DNA of 64,000 bases, from assembly GCA_964016885.1 (NCBI GenBank), contig OZ024764.1, positions 930,001 through 994,000 on the forward strand, in the 5' to 3' direction. Positions within the stretch are counted from its first letter, which is position 1. Each line of letters begins with the position of its first letter. The translations under genes were made by a program, and so were the position numbers. The notes under the pieces were generated by a model. It made no database searches and was not told where the DNA came from. It worked only from the letters and a program-made list of their open reading frames with translations. This document shows, in pieces, positions 38,695 to 50,918 of this stretch. The DNA comes from Eledone cirrhosa (lineage: Eukaryota).

Positions 38695-39950
38695 CTTTGA
38701 TAGGGTGCCCCGATCTGTCATCTGGTGGTCCCTAAGGAAACTAGGTGTTGAGGAATGGCTTGTGAGGACAGTGCAAACTTTGTACAGAGGTACTGTCAGT
38801 AAAGTCAGGGTAGGAATGGAGTTTAGTGAGGAATTCCAGATACAAGTAGGAGTACATCAGGGTTCGGTCCTCAGCCCGCTCTTGTTCATTATAGTCCTCC
38901 AAGCCATAACAGAGGAGTTTAAGACTGGATGCCCCCGGGAACTTCTCTATGCTGACGATCTGGTTCTTATAGCAGAATCAGTAGAGGAGCTAGAGAATAA
39001 ATTCTGGCTATGGAAACAGCAGTTGGAAGCAAGAGGACTGAGAGTGAACCTAGCTAAGACGAAAGTGTTGATGAGTAGAAAAGAGGACAAAACTCTGATT
39101 CCGTCAGGGAAAAGGCCATGTTCGATATGCAGAAAAGGAACTGGCATAAATTCTATAAAATGCACACAATGCAGATCCTGGGTACACAAGAGATGTAGCG
39201 GGATAGCAGGCAAATTAACAGGTAGGGGGAAATACGTATGCAGTAGATGTACAGGGGATTTAGACATTAGAAGTCGCATTGATAGACACATTTTTCAAAT
39301 GCAGGCGGGTGCTATAGAAGTGGTGGATAGCTTCCGGTACCTAGGAGATCAGATTAGCATGGGAGGGGGTGTTCCGAGGCCATAGTATCTAGAATAAGGA
39401 CGGGTTGGAAGAAGCTTAGGGAGCTGCTTCCTCTGCTGACGAAGAAGGGTTTCTCCCTGCATACGAAAGGCCGGTTATATGATGCCTGTGTGAGGAGCGC
39501 GATGCTGCATGGTAATGAGACATGAGCAGCAACTGCAGAGGATATGTGACGGCTGGAGAGAAATGAGGCAAGCATGCTCCGTTGGATGTGCAATGTCAAT
39601 GTGTGTGAATGACCCAGAATGGATGTGTTGAGAGAGAAACTGTGTCTGTAAGGGATAGAATGTAGTGTACGGGAGAGGAGACTGAGGTGGTATGGACATG
39701 TGATGCGCACGGAGGATGACCGATGGGTGAAGAAGTGCCAAGAAATGCCAGTTGAAGGAAGACGTGGTAGAGATAGACCACGAAAAACATGGGCGAAGGT
39801 GGTGAGAACAGACCTCAGATCGCTGAAGCTTACGGTGGAGATGACGAAGGACCGTGACAAGTGGAGAGATGCTGTGCTGAATAAGACCCGTCCCACCCTT
39901 GCAGGGAAGAGTGGACGTAAAATGATGATGATGATGATGATGATGACGAT
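38691..39950 (+). mobile_element. RTE LINE 3' fragment
   Basis: GVHQGSVLSP, LLYADD, Cys-rich finger, RPRKTW, (GAT)n tail. Confidence 0.9.
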
Positions 39951-40065
39951 GATATATTATTATATATTAATAATATATATATATACTTAAATCTGAGACA
40001 GGAACAAAAACAGAGAGGCAGTACAAATATGAGTTTATTAGGTTCACACTTTTGAGAGTGGGGTG

Positions 40066-40103
<38 letters not shown>

Positions 40104-40254
40104 ATTGTTTTTGGCAATTACCCCAGTGCATTACTGGTACTTTATTTTATCGACCCTGTAAGGATAAAAGGCAATGTTAACCTTGGTGGGATTTGAACTC
40201 AGACCATAAAAGGCCATAACTCTATGTTGCAAAGCATGGCGTTCAACCCTGCTG

Positions 40255-41196
40255 TCCCTGACTTGTACTGTTGGTCCCTCTATAGGGTCCACTTGGGGTA
40301 GGGTCTCTTTTTCCCATGCATTCTCCTCATTTAGTAATCTTTCATAATGGCTCTTCCATCTTTCTTCTCAGCACTTGTGAGGGCAAGCTCACCTTTATCA
40401 TTCCGGATACACTTCTCTCCAATGACATCACAATTCTCTCTGACACACTGCCTCGCAATCTTGAACACCTCCTGTTTCTGGTCCTCACGCTGTAAAACAT
40501 GCTTCAATTTTCTATCCTCTGCTTTCCTCCTAGCTAAGTATACTTGTCGCCTAGCTTCCCTCCTGGTCTCTATCTAATGTACCCTGCTTCCCCCATTCTT
40601 CCATTCTTTCCATGCCTGCTTCTTGGCCTTAACTGCCTCATCTACCTTATTGTTCCACCACCAAGTCACTCTCCTCCTGCCTGTGGTCTTACTCCAACCA
40701 CAGATCTCGTCCGTCACCTTTAGTAAGTTATTTGTTAGGAACCCCCAGTGCTCTTCTACATTAAATGTCACTATCTGTTCTTCTTTACTGTCGTAGGCAT
40801 TGAGTAAAATATCTTTAAATCTGTTACTGGCTGAGGGGTCTTTCAGCTTCCAGATCTTTCTTCTCCAGGTTGCCTTCTGTTTCCAAGTTCGTTTAGTTCT
40901 GACCGTGAGGTCGCTGACAACTAAGCTATGTTGGGAGGTACATTCCTCACCAGGGAAGGCTTTTGTGTTTACGACCGTCCATCTGTCACATCCTCTGATG
41001 AGGATAAAATCTATCTGACTAGAATGCTCCCCTGATCTATAGGTGATCAGGTGGTTGTCGGGTTTTTTAAAGTATGTGTTACATATCGACATGTCATTGG
41101 TGTCGTATAATTCCAGAAGCCTGAAGCCTTCTTCATTTCTTGTGCCAACCCCTGTCTCTTGGCCTTAACTGCCTCATCTACCTTGTTATTCCACAA
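40255..41196 (-). mobile_element. RTE LINE fragment
   Basis: ICNTYFKK...SQIDFIL...WWWNNKV; homologous to about 30240-31130. Confidence 0.88.
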
Positions 41197-41403
41197 CCAA
41201 TCAGTTCTGCCTGAGCAAGACATGGTCACCTGAGCTAACATTGCCCACAACAGGACAACTTGTTCAACCCATGCCGATGTGGAAAAATGGATGTAAAACG
41301 ATGATGATGATGTGTTTTTTATGGGTTAAAGTAATCAATAGTCTTATGTACACACACACACATGCGCGCACACACACACACACATATCATCACCATCGCT
41401 CAA

Positions 41404-41625
41404 AGGTTTATTAGGAATGTGGTAACTAAATGGTTTATTAGGAATATGGTAACTAAAGGGTTTATTAGGAATATGGTAAGGGAAGGATTTATTAGGAATA
41501 TGGTAAGGAAAGGATTTATTAGGAATATGGTAAGGAAAGGATTTATTAGGAATATGGTAAGGAAAGGATTTATTAGGAATATGGTAAGGAAAGGATTTAT
41601 TAGGAATATGGTAAGAAAAGGGTAA
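41404..41625 (+). repeat. 27-bp minisatellite next to a TAT exon donor
   Basis: AAGGATTTATTAGGAATATGGTAAGGA repeated about 8 times. Confidence 0.9.
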
Positions 41626-41653
41626 AGAAAGACTTTGAATTTCTAAAATTTAC

Positions 41654-41736
41654 CTCTTTGCAATCCCACCACATGTTAAAACAGGTACATCTGTTGAGAG
41701 GGAAGCCACCGAATGGAACATTTGATCATGGAAAAC
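41654..41736 (-). CDS. TAT: TAT exon with the PLP Schiff-base lysine (VFHDQMFHSVASLSTDVPVLTCGGIAKR)
   Basis: AG/GT boundaries, 83 nt. CGGIAKR motif. Confidence 0.95.
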
Positions 41737-41954
41737 CTGTCAAAGAAGAAGATTACGAGGTTAATTTCATAAAAAGTAGCACTAAATACAAAATTTTCAA
41801 AATATAGTGGATTGTAAACAAACATATACATAGCTGATCTCTCGGACTTTTATGAAAGGCTGAGGGGATAAATATACAGTTGTCCCCCTTGGTTTTTGTG
41901 GGGGTAACATCTCTAGAGCACCCACGAAAAGTGAAAAAAATGTGAATATTGGAC

Positions 41955-42262
41955 ACACTGTAAAGTGGTCATGTAGGTGTCACAACAAAAAGCACCCAGT
42001 CCACACTGTAAAGTGGTCATGTAGGTGTCACAACAAATAGTACCCAGTCCACACTGTAAAGTGGTCATGTAGGTGTCATGACAAAAAGTACCCAGTCCAC
42101 ACTGTAAAGTGGTCACGTAGGTGTCACAACAAATAGTACCCAGTCCACACTGTAAAGTGGTCATGTAGGTGTCATGACAAAAAGTACCCAGTCCACACTG
42201 TAAAGTGGTCATGTAGGTGTCACAACAAAATGCTCCCAGTCCACACTGTAAATTGGTCATGT
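41955..42262 (-). repeat. 48-bp satellite, inverted relative to 59550-64000
   Basis: Same unit. Confidence 0.9.
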
Positions 42263-42320
42263 TAAGGGCTTATTTTTGGGGGGTAGGTTTATAATAGGTG
42301 AAACAGGGTATACATATATG

Positions 42321-42364
<44 letters not shown>

Positions 42365-42403
42365 AATATATGTATATATGTGTTTGTGTGTGTGTGTGTA
42401 TGT

Positions 42404-42735
42404 GGAGGCACATGGCTTAGTGGTTAGAGCATTGGGCTTGCAATCGAAAGGTTGTGAGTTCAATTCTCAGACTGGGTGATGTGTTGTTTCCTTGAGCAAG
42501 ACACTTTATTTCACATTGCTCCAGTTTACTCAGCTGTAGAAATGAGATAATAGGACTGGGGTCCCTATCATTCCACTGTAAAGTGGTCGTGGAGGTGTCA
42601 CAACAAAAAAGCACCCAGCACTCACTGTAAATGAGGTTGGTGTTAGGAAGGGCATCCAGCTGTAGAAATCAAGCCAGAATCAGTTCCCGTCCCACCCTTG
42701 CAAGCAGGGAAAAGCAGACATAAAATGATGATGAT
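42404..42735 (+). mobile_element. tRNA-derived SINE with RTE-type 3' tail; copies at 48769-49103 (+) and 49372-49699 (-)
   Basis: A box TGGCTTAGTGG, B box GAGTTCAATTC; tail GTCCCACCCTTGCA...GGA/AGAC.TAAAATGATGATG shared with the RTE ends at about 39890 and 56055. Confidence 0.88.
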
Positions 42736-42783
42736 ATATATCTATGTCTATATGTGTGTATATGTGTATGTCTATATATATAT

Positions 42784-43153
42784 ACAGTTCTCCTCAGTTA
42801 TTCGCGGGGGTTATATTCGCAGAACACCCACAAAGAGTGAAAAACCGCGAATATTGGACGTGGTCCATAAAAATGCCTATAAACGTCAAAATACAACGTA
42901 AAATATAATAAAAAAAGAGGGAGAGTCTTATACGAAGGGGTGTCCAATAGACCAGCAAATACAGTATATTGTTGTTGATAAGTTAGTGTTAAAAAGCGTG
43001 AAAATATATATATTGCCATGAATACCCCATAAAAAAATTGCGGAAGTTCTTTATGATTTTACGAATATTTGGTGGTTTCCACAAACAATTATTAGTTAGG
43101 TTCTAAGGAAAATTTTATGAATAACCGGGACTGGGAATGCCGGTGTACACTGT
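42784..43153. mobile_element. Possible Tigger/pogo-like MITE
   Basis: TA-CAGT...ACTG-TA ends with degenerate TIRs; a similar short piece lies at 41876-41961. Confidence 0.4.
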
Positions 43154-43271
43154 ATATGTAAATCGAAGATTGTGACTGACAAAACAGCTTCGAACTAGTT
43201 TCTTTTATTAATCTTTTGAAGAAGGGATCTTTGTCAGCTTATATTCAGATGGACTTATATTCAAGTATATA

Positions 43272-43799
43272 CAAGGAGGCCTCAAAAAGTTTGTGGAAAA
43301 GTACATAGCTAAAGATCAAATGCAGGGATTCTGACCTCAATGCACCTGTACGTTGTACTAACATGTCATAAACATGAACCCTTAAATACATGTTACAATG
43401 CTACCCCGCCAGTCAGAAGTCAGTACCCACTCCTAGCAACATGGCCTCCATCAAAACATCAAATCCTTGGTGAAGCTAGGGTGGAAGAACAGCCAAACCA
43501 TTGACAGTCTGGAGCAAGTTTATGGGGACAATGTCCCATAGTAATCAACAACCTACAAATGGATAAGTCATGGAAGAGATGAGGTTGAAGATGATCCCCA
43601 GTTGAAGATGTAAAAAGCTGCTTTGACATGGTTTAAATCACATGGCCCTCAGTTTTACACAGATGGACTTAAAGGCTGGTATCAACACTTACAGAAGTGT
43701 ATTGACCTAGATGGAACATATGTTGACAAATAAACATCATAACTTAAACCCCCGTTTCTTCTACTCTCCTTTTTCCATGAACTTTTTGAAGCCCCCTTG
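43272..43799 (+). mobile_element. Internally deleted mariner, Hsmar2-like (irritans subfamily)
   Basis: About 28-bp TIRs flanked by TA. Remnants NIKSLVKLGWKNSQTIDSLEQVYGDNVP and GPQFYTDGLKGWYQHLQKCIDLDGTYVDK*. Confidence 0.88.
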
Positions 43800-43874
43800 T
43801 ACAGTAATTTATAAATCAAATGAAACGAAAGGATAAGGAAGGATGAAAAAAATGGAAGTTGGAAGTTGCCTTAC

Positions 43875-44066
43875 AATATCACGGTAGATTTCATCTGCTA
43901 TGATGGGTTGATGGTGTTTGGCAGCGATCGAAATGATGTCCTTGATGTGTGCCTTACTGTACACCGATCCACATGGGTTGGATGGGTTTATCACTACAAT
44001 ACCAACAGTGTTCTCATCAATCATTGACTCCAAGTGTCCCAGATCAGCTTCCCAAGATTTCTCCGG
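43875..44066 (-). CDS. TAT: TAT exon ([20 protein letters not shown]...[12 protein letters not shown]...[10 protein letters not shown])
   Basis: AG/GT boundaries, 192 nt. NPSNPCG and ADEIY are PLP-binding motifs of class I aminotransferases. Confidence 0.97.
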
Positions 44067-44160
44067 CTTTGGAAATACAGAGAGAGGATCAAAATGTAAA
44101 AAAATGAAGGTTTCGTGAGAAGTTACAAACGGTGTAAAATAAATTTAACCCTTTAGCAAT

Positions 44161-44492
44161 CACATTACTCTATATATACTATTGTATTTTCACAGTAAAG
44201 GCTTTACCTCACATAATATCTCACATAACATTTACATTACTCTATATATACTATTGTATTTTCACAGTAAAGACTTTACCTCACATAATATCTCACATAA
44301 CATTTACATTACTCTATATATACTATTGTATTGTCACAGTAAAGGCTTTACCTCACATAATATCTCACATAACATTTACATTACTCTATATATACTATTG
44401 TATTGTCACAGTAAAGGCTTTACCTCACATAATATCTCACATTACATTTACATTACTCTATATATACTATTGTATTGTCACAGTAAAGGCTT
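44161..44492 (+). repeat. 72-bp minisatellite, resuming at 45919-46045
   Basis: Direct observation; preceded by TTAACCCTTTAGC. Confidence 0.85.
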
Positions 44493-46055
44493 TGAAAATT
44501 ACGACAAAAGAATGTTTGCAAAAATCAATGATAGATATCAAGGTAGCCAACCACTCTTGGCCAGAGAACGACTGGACATCTATCTATCCATCACCCAAAG
44601 ATACAATGTAATAAAGTAAGAGAAGAGCTCAAAGTTCAAATGTACAAAATATAGTTCACAGGTGTGCAATCACATGACAGCAGGAAAGAAAGTGTGTTCC
44701 AGAGAATGAATGCAGGTGGTTTCTGTTCTGTGGTATATCGTGAAATTTGCAACCTCCGAATGGATTTTCTCACAGGAAGAGGGCTGCAAAAATAAATTCT
44801 CTGGCTTGTTCTGCTGGTTTTGGTTGTTGGTGAAGCTGTGTTGCTGTTGATGTTGTTGTCTCGCTGAGTGAGCGTATTCGGTGTTTAAATTCACAGTAAA
44901 AAAAAATTTTTTCGGAAAAAAATGAGTTGCGCAAAGTGCTGGAAATAACAGCCGAAGTTGATGGTCGATGTTGAGAATGCGTTGACCTGGAAGGGTCAAG
45001 AGGCCAGCGACCAAAGAAATAAGCATTCTGAATAAATGCGCAGTTTTCAACGGCAAATTTACGTGGTAAATTTTTAAACCGGCAAATAGGAGAATATAGC
45101 TTAAGGCTGAAGAATCCTTGGCGAGAAACGTTATCTCTGGCGTGCGGCTATCTCTGTGAGTCGAGACATCTCTGTGAGTCGAGAATTTGTGCTGCCTACA
45201 CGTGCCAATACAAGGTTAAGTTAGGTTGAAAAAATAATATTTCTAACGCGCGAGAAAATGATAGTGCAAGTGTGAAAGTGACAATGATGAAAAAGAAAGG
45301 CTTCACTTAGCATAATTATTGGTGTGAACTTTGGAAAAAAAACTTGAACGATGAAGAAAACGATGAAAAAAAAGGCAATGGTTCATCGAAAATAAATGTT
45401 CCTGTTGAAATGTTTTTTAAAGAATATCAAATTTCTTTTTTTTTTTCTTTTTTGTTTTGAAAGTGTTCGTTGTAAGAAACGAGAAACATATATTTATATC
45501 GTGAAATGCGACAGTTAGTTGATGCGTGAGAGAAAAAGTCTGTCTGTGCGAAAATTTCACATGTGCGTGGTGTGTTCGTTTCTTTTACTGAGTATTTTCA
45601 TAGTTTGTCAATAAATTTGCTGTGTATTCGTAATGTTACTCACACAACACCAGTATTTAATCAACAATTTAACAGTATAGTTGACATGTCAATGAATAAA
45701 CGAAAGAATGAAGCAAAGTTAGTAGTTACCGTTTTGATTGCCAGGCAAACACGAGACGCCTGGCGAAGGCCTGGCGCCGGAAGGGCAAATGAGAGGGAGA
45801 GAGTCGAAAGCTATTCGTTTTATAGGGCTCTGCCGGAAGTTACAGAAAGGGTTCTACTTCCCGTCTAGATGTTAATCTATTGGGGTTGTGAGTCACAACA
45901 AGGGAGGCTACTGCTACAGGCTTTACCTCACATAATACCTCACATAACATTTACATTACTCTATATATACTATTGTATTGTCACAGTAAAGGCTTTACCT
46001 CACATAATACCTCACATAACATATACATTGCTCTATATATACTGCAATATATATA

Positions 46056-46330
46056 GTCTAAAGTCTGTCTTAAGCCAGAAGGCTCATTTGGTCGGTGCTT
46101 ATCCCAGTTTCATGGCGTGAAGTGACTGAGAGTAGAAGACTCCCCCCTGGACAGGACACCAGTCCATCACAGGGTTAAACCTCCAGCTATTACTGGTACC
46201 CATTTTCAGCTGAGTATAGTGGAGCAACGTGAAATGAAGTGTTTTGCTCAAGAACACAACACACAACCCAGGAATCAAACCCACGACATTATGATCGTAA
46301 GTCCAACACCCTTACCACTAGGCCACATTC
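46056..46330 (-). mobile_element. tRNA-derived SINE (family of 6640-6903)
   Basis: Sequence identity. Confidence 0.82.
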
Positions 46331-46985
46331 CACCATGGTTTTGTGTGTATGCCGTGTAGGCAACACGGTAAAAACCTCCCAGTCCACACTGTAAACACGG
46401 TTGGTGTTAGGAAGGGCATCCAGCTGTAGAAAACCCGCCAGACAGTCCTATACGAGCAACACGACCAATCTTGCCTCAAGTGGAACCCTGTCTTTACCCA
46501 TGCTAGCGTGGATGATGGACGTTAAACGATGATGATGATGATGATGATGACGATGATGATGTGTATATGTGTGTGTTACCTAACAAATGTTGGTATGTGT
46601 GTGTATGAGTGTGTCTATGGGTGTTTGTGTGTATGTGTGTGTGTGTATATATGTATGTGTGTGTCTATATATGTGTGTGTGTGTCTATTTAGCTTTGTGT
46701 GTCTATGTGTGTGTGCGTCTATATGTGTGTGTGTGTGTGTATGTATGCGTGTGTGTGTGTGTGTGTATATTTGTAAGTGTGTGTCTATATGTGTGTGCGT
46801 CTATATGTGTATGTATGTATGCATATGTGTGTGTGTGTATTTGTAAGTGTGTGCCTATATGTGTATGTGTGTGTGTGTGTGTGTATATATGTGTAAGTAT
46901 GTGTCTGTATGTGTATCTGTGTATCTATATGTGTGTATGTGTATATATATATATGTGTATGTATATGTGTATATATATATATATA

Positions 46986-47021
<36 letters not shown>

Positions 47022-47136
47022 GATATATAGATATAAGTGTTGAAGTCTCTGTTGAAGAAATCATAGGAGTGAAGAGTGCTCTATGTAAGTTACAGAGCTA
47101 AATATTTCATGTATAATAAACAATACAATATAATTA

Positions 47137-47204
47137 CCTCATTACCAGAGGTTTCCCGAATAAGACGAATACAAGAAACGTACACACTCGTTCGTCAGAC
47201 AAGG
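47137..47204 (-). ncRNA. Type I hammerhead motif
   Basis: Stem I CCTTGT/ATGAGG; CTGACGA; GAAA-CCTCTGG-TA with GUA triplet. Confidence 0.7.
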
Positions 47205-47249
47205 CAATTTAAAACATAGTGAAATATTTGAAAAATCTCCTCTATATAG

Positions 47250-47281
<32 letters not shown>

Positions 47282-47405
47282 GTAGGAGGTGAGTTTTATT
47301 GTAGTACAATAAAGCAATGCAGATATCGGATAAGAAGCACTCTACAGTTTGTAGGACTGGAGTATACATAATATAAGATCAAAAGATGGTTAAAGGAGTT
47401 CCATG

Positions 47406-47476
47406 TATTTTATTATGCGCATTTCAAAAACAAACATCATCATGCAATGACATTTGCGTTTTCGTCAGATAAAATA
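47406..47476 (-). ncRNA. Type I hammerhead motif
   Basis: Stem I TATTTTAT/ATAAAATA; CTGACGA; long stem II; GAAA; palindromic ATGCGCAT. Confidence 0.8.
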
Positions 47477-47685
47477 GGGAGACATGATATGAAGGTTAAA
47501 AAACACTTGTGGATAGTGCAGTTTTAAATCAACATATGTTTAAATCAACATATAATAATAATAATAATAATGAAATTATTGTGTACAGTGCTCAGGTGCA
47601 CTACAACTCATCAAAGGTGCATGTATAGTACATAGAATAATGTACAAATGTCAGGAAAATGAACAGTGTACGAGTCATGATATAC

Positions 47686-47718
<33 letters not shown>

Positions 47719-47810
47719 AATATTGTGTACAGTGCCCAGGTGCACCACAACTCATCAATTTAAAACTGCACTATTCACAAGTGTTTTTTAAGCTTCATAT
47801 CATGTCTCCC

Positions 47811-47881
47811 TATTTTATCTGATGAAAACGCAGATATCATCTCATGATGATATTTGTTTTTGAAATGCGCATAATAAAATA
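47811..47881 (+). ncRNA. Type I hammerhead motif
   Basis: 8-bp stem I; CTGATGA; about 15-bp stem II with a C-U mismatch at position 4; GAAA TGCGCA TA. Confidence 0.85.
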
Positions 47882-47956
47882 CATGGAACTCTTTTAACCA
47901 TCTTTTCATCTTATACATATATATATGTGTGTAACCTAACAAATGTCGGTACTCAC

Positions 47957-48115
47957 CACTAAGTCATAAAACTTGATATCAATCCCGATAGAGTTGGCCA
48001 CAGTTTTGTAGAGAGAGAATCCAGGTCTGGGAACCAAAATGTTCTGACCCTTATTGGCCAAAACTGTAATACAGAGGTCAATAGCACTGGAACAGCCACT
48101 GGTCAGTATCACATC
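47957..48115 (-). CDS. TAT: TAT exon ([53 protein letters not shown])
   Basis: AG/GT boundaries, 159 nt. DVILTSGCS and [12 protein letters not shown] are TAT hallmarks. Confidence 0.97.
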
Positions 48116-48187
48116 CTGAAGGAATTTTAGGGGACAGGATAAAAAAGATCAGTTGTATAATGAACAAAATATATTACATACATAGCA

Positions 48188-48252
<65 letters not shown>

Positions 48253-48601
48253 GAAAGGTATAGAAAACATTGTAGCAAAAAGCCAAAGGAAATGGTATAT
48301 ATTTTATCTAATAATTCTAAGGACATGATTTATGATATATATATATAATTTTCGACAAATTCGGTTATTTGTCGAAAATTTCTTCATAGGAGCCTTTATT
48401 CTTATAGTCTGGTCTAATTGATTTTTTATATGGTTAATTATGCTAATTGGGAGAGGAAATGGTATATATTTTATCTAATAATTCTAAGGACATGATTTAT
48501 GATATATTGCTCTGATTATTTAATTTATTAATTCTTCATTGAGCCACAACGTGACCGGTTGCAAAACACATATATATCTATGACTTTATGTATATGTAAA
48601 T

Positions 48602-48707
<106 letters not shown>

Positions 48708-49306
48708 CATCTACATTCATACACATATGCATATATGTGTGTGTGTGTAAATTTCATCATATATATATGGAGGCACATTGCTTAGTGGTTAGAGCATTGG
48801 GCTTGCAATCGAAAGGTTGTGAGTTCAATTCTCAGACCGGGTGATGTGTTGTTTCCTTGAGCAAGACACTTTATTTCACATTGCTCCAGTTTACTCAGCT
48901 GTAGAAATGAGATGATAGGGAGTGGGGTCCCTATCATTCCACTGCAAAGTGGTCGTGGAGGTGCTTTGGCAAAAAAGCACCCAGCACTCACTGTAAATGA
49001 GGTTGGTGTTAGAAAGGGCATCCAGCTGTAGAAATCAAGCCAGAATCAGTTCCCGTCCCACCCTTGCAAGCAGGGAAAAAGTGGACGTTAAATGAAATGA
49101 TGATATATATATAATTCAAGAAAGAAGAGTGACATGGTTTGCTATACAATAAGGGCTTTATTCACATTGCTGACAATTATTTCTTTGATCTGGTAGGTCT
49201 AGAGTTCGCTACTCGCTTGATGTTGCATCAATCGATCTCCAATATTTTGTTTATAATCAGTCGTTTTCATCAGAGCACACGAATATAACAATAACCTGTT
49301 ATCCCG

Positions 49307-49339
<33 letters not shown>

Positions 49340-49710
49340 GTATAACTTTAATTTGTTATTTTAATATATCATTTCATCATTTCATTTTACGTCCGCTTTT
49401 CCCTGCTTGCAAGGGTGGGACGGGAACCGATTCTGGCTTGATTTCTACAGCTGGATGCCCTTCCTAACACCAACTTTATTTACAGTGAGTGCTGGGTGCT
49501 TTTTTGCCGTGGCACCTCCACGACCACTTTGCAGTGGAATGATAGGGACCACAGTCCCTATCATCTCATTTCTACAGCTGAGTAAACTGGAGCAATGTGA
49601 AATAAAGTGTCTTGCTCAAGGAAACAACACACCACCCGGTCTGAGAATTGAACTCACAACCTTTAGATTGCAAGGCCAATGCTCTAACCACTAAGCCATA
49701 TATATATATA

Positions 49711-49938
49711 TATTAAAATAACAGATTAAAGTTTAAGCAAAGAATTGCTGCTTTCACCCTTAATGGGATCTTCAGAAGATCTCGTTAAGGGTGAAAGCAG
49801 CGATTCTTTGCTTAAACTTTAATCTGTTATTTTAATAAATATTTGCTCTACCGTTTTTATAAGTTTTTATATATATATTATCCTTATCGAACCTTCTTCG
49901 GATTTTAGTCTTCACATTTATTATTATTAATTATTACT
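49711..49938. mobile_element. Small fold-back element, family of 6948-8406
   Basis: Palindrome centred on GATCTTC-A-GAAGATC at about 49774. Confidence 0.75.
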
Positions 49939-50157
49939 ATATATATATAATGAAGGGCAGTGGATTGGCAGTATCGGTAGAGGGTCAGACGCCATGCTTT
50001 TCAGCATAGTTACGTCCCTTTACGATCTGAGTTCAAATCCCGCCGAGGTTGACTTTGCCTTTCAACCTTACGGGGTCGATAAAATAAAGTACCAGTAATG
50101 CACTGGATAATTGCTGGCCTTGTGCCCAAAGTAGAAACAATTATTTATAAAGTATAC

Positions 50158-50208
<51 letters not shown>

Positions 50209-50216
<8 letters not shown>

Positions 50217-50396
50217 TGTAATAAACAACATAAGACAATTATTCCATTTACCAGAGGTTTCACGAAGACAGACGTGCTCAACAGAGACATCAAAAATCGC
50301 TCATTCTGATGAGCGATTTCAGACGTCACTGTTGAGCTTGTCTGTCTTCGTGAAACCTTTGGTAAATGGAATAATTGTCTTATGTTGTTTATTACA

Positions 50397-50402
<6 letters not shown>
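50209..50402. mobile_element. Fold-back element centred on CTGATGA
   Basis: About 95-bp arms within (TA)n. Confidence 0.75.
50302..50368 (+). ncRNA. Hammerhead motif at the centre of a palindrome
   Basis: CTGATGA GCGA...TCGT GAAA CCTTTGG TA AATG. The 5' strand of stem I overlaps the fold-back junction. Confidence 0.6.
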
Positions 50403-50440
<38 letters not shown>

Positions 50441-50561
50441 GGAGGTGAGTTTTATTGTAGTACAATAAAGCAATGCAGATATCGGATAAGAAGCACTCTA
50501 CAGTTTGTGGGACTGGAGTATGCATAATATAAGATCAAAAGATGGTTAAAGGAGTTCCATA

Positions 50562-50632
50562 TATTTTATTATGCGCATTTCAAAAACAAACATCATCAAG
50601 CAATAATATTTGTGTTTTCATCAGATAAAACA
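50562..50632 (-). ncRNA. Type I hammerhead motif (family of 47811)
   Basis: Reverse complement of 50736-50806. Confidence 0.8.
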
Positions 50633-50735
50633 GGAGAACATGATATGAAGGCTAAAAAAACACTTGTTGATAGTGATGTTGATTTAAAACTGCACTATCA
50701 ACAAGTGTTTTTTTAGCCTTCATATCATGTTCTCC

Positions 50736-50806
50736 TGTTTTATCTGATGAAAACACAAATATTATTGCTTGATGATGTTTGTTTTTGAAATGCGCATAAT
50801 AAAATA
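50736..50806 (+). ncRNA. Type I hammerhead motif (family of 47811)
   Basis: Stem I TGTTTTAT/ATAAAATA; CTGATGA; GAAA TGCGCA TA. Confidence 0.8.
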
Positions 50807-50836
50807 TATGGAACTCCTTTAACCATCTTTTGATCT

Positions 50837-50918
<82 letters not shown>

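Larger units (their letters stand above)
47282..47914. mobile_element. Fold-back hammerhead element with a central insert
   Basis: Inverted arms each carry a hammerhead; same family as 50438-50844. Confidence 0.8.
50438..50844. mobile_element. Fold-back hammerhead element
   Basis: Near-perfect arms of about 150 bp centred about 50685, tail on the left arm. Confidence 0.8.
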
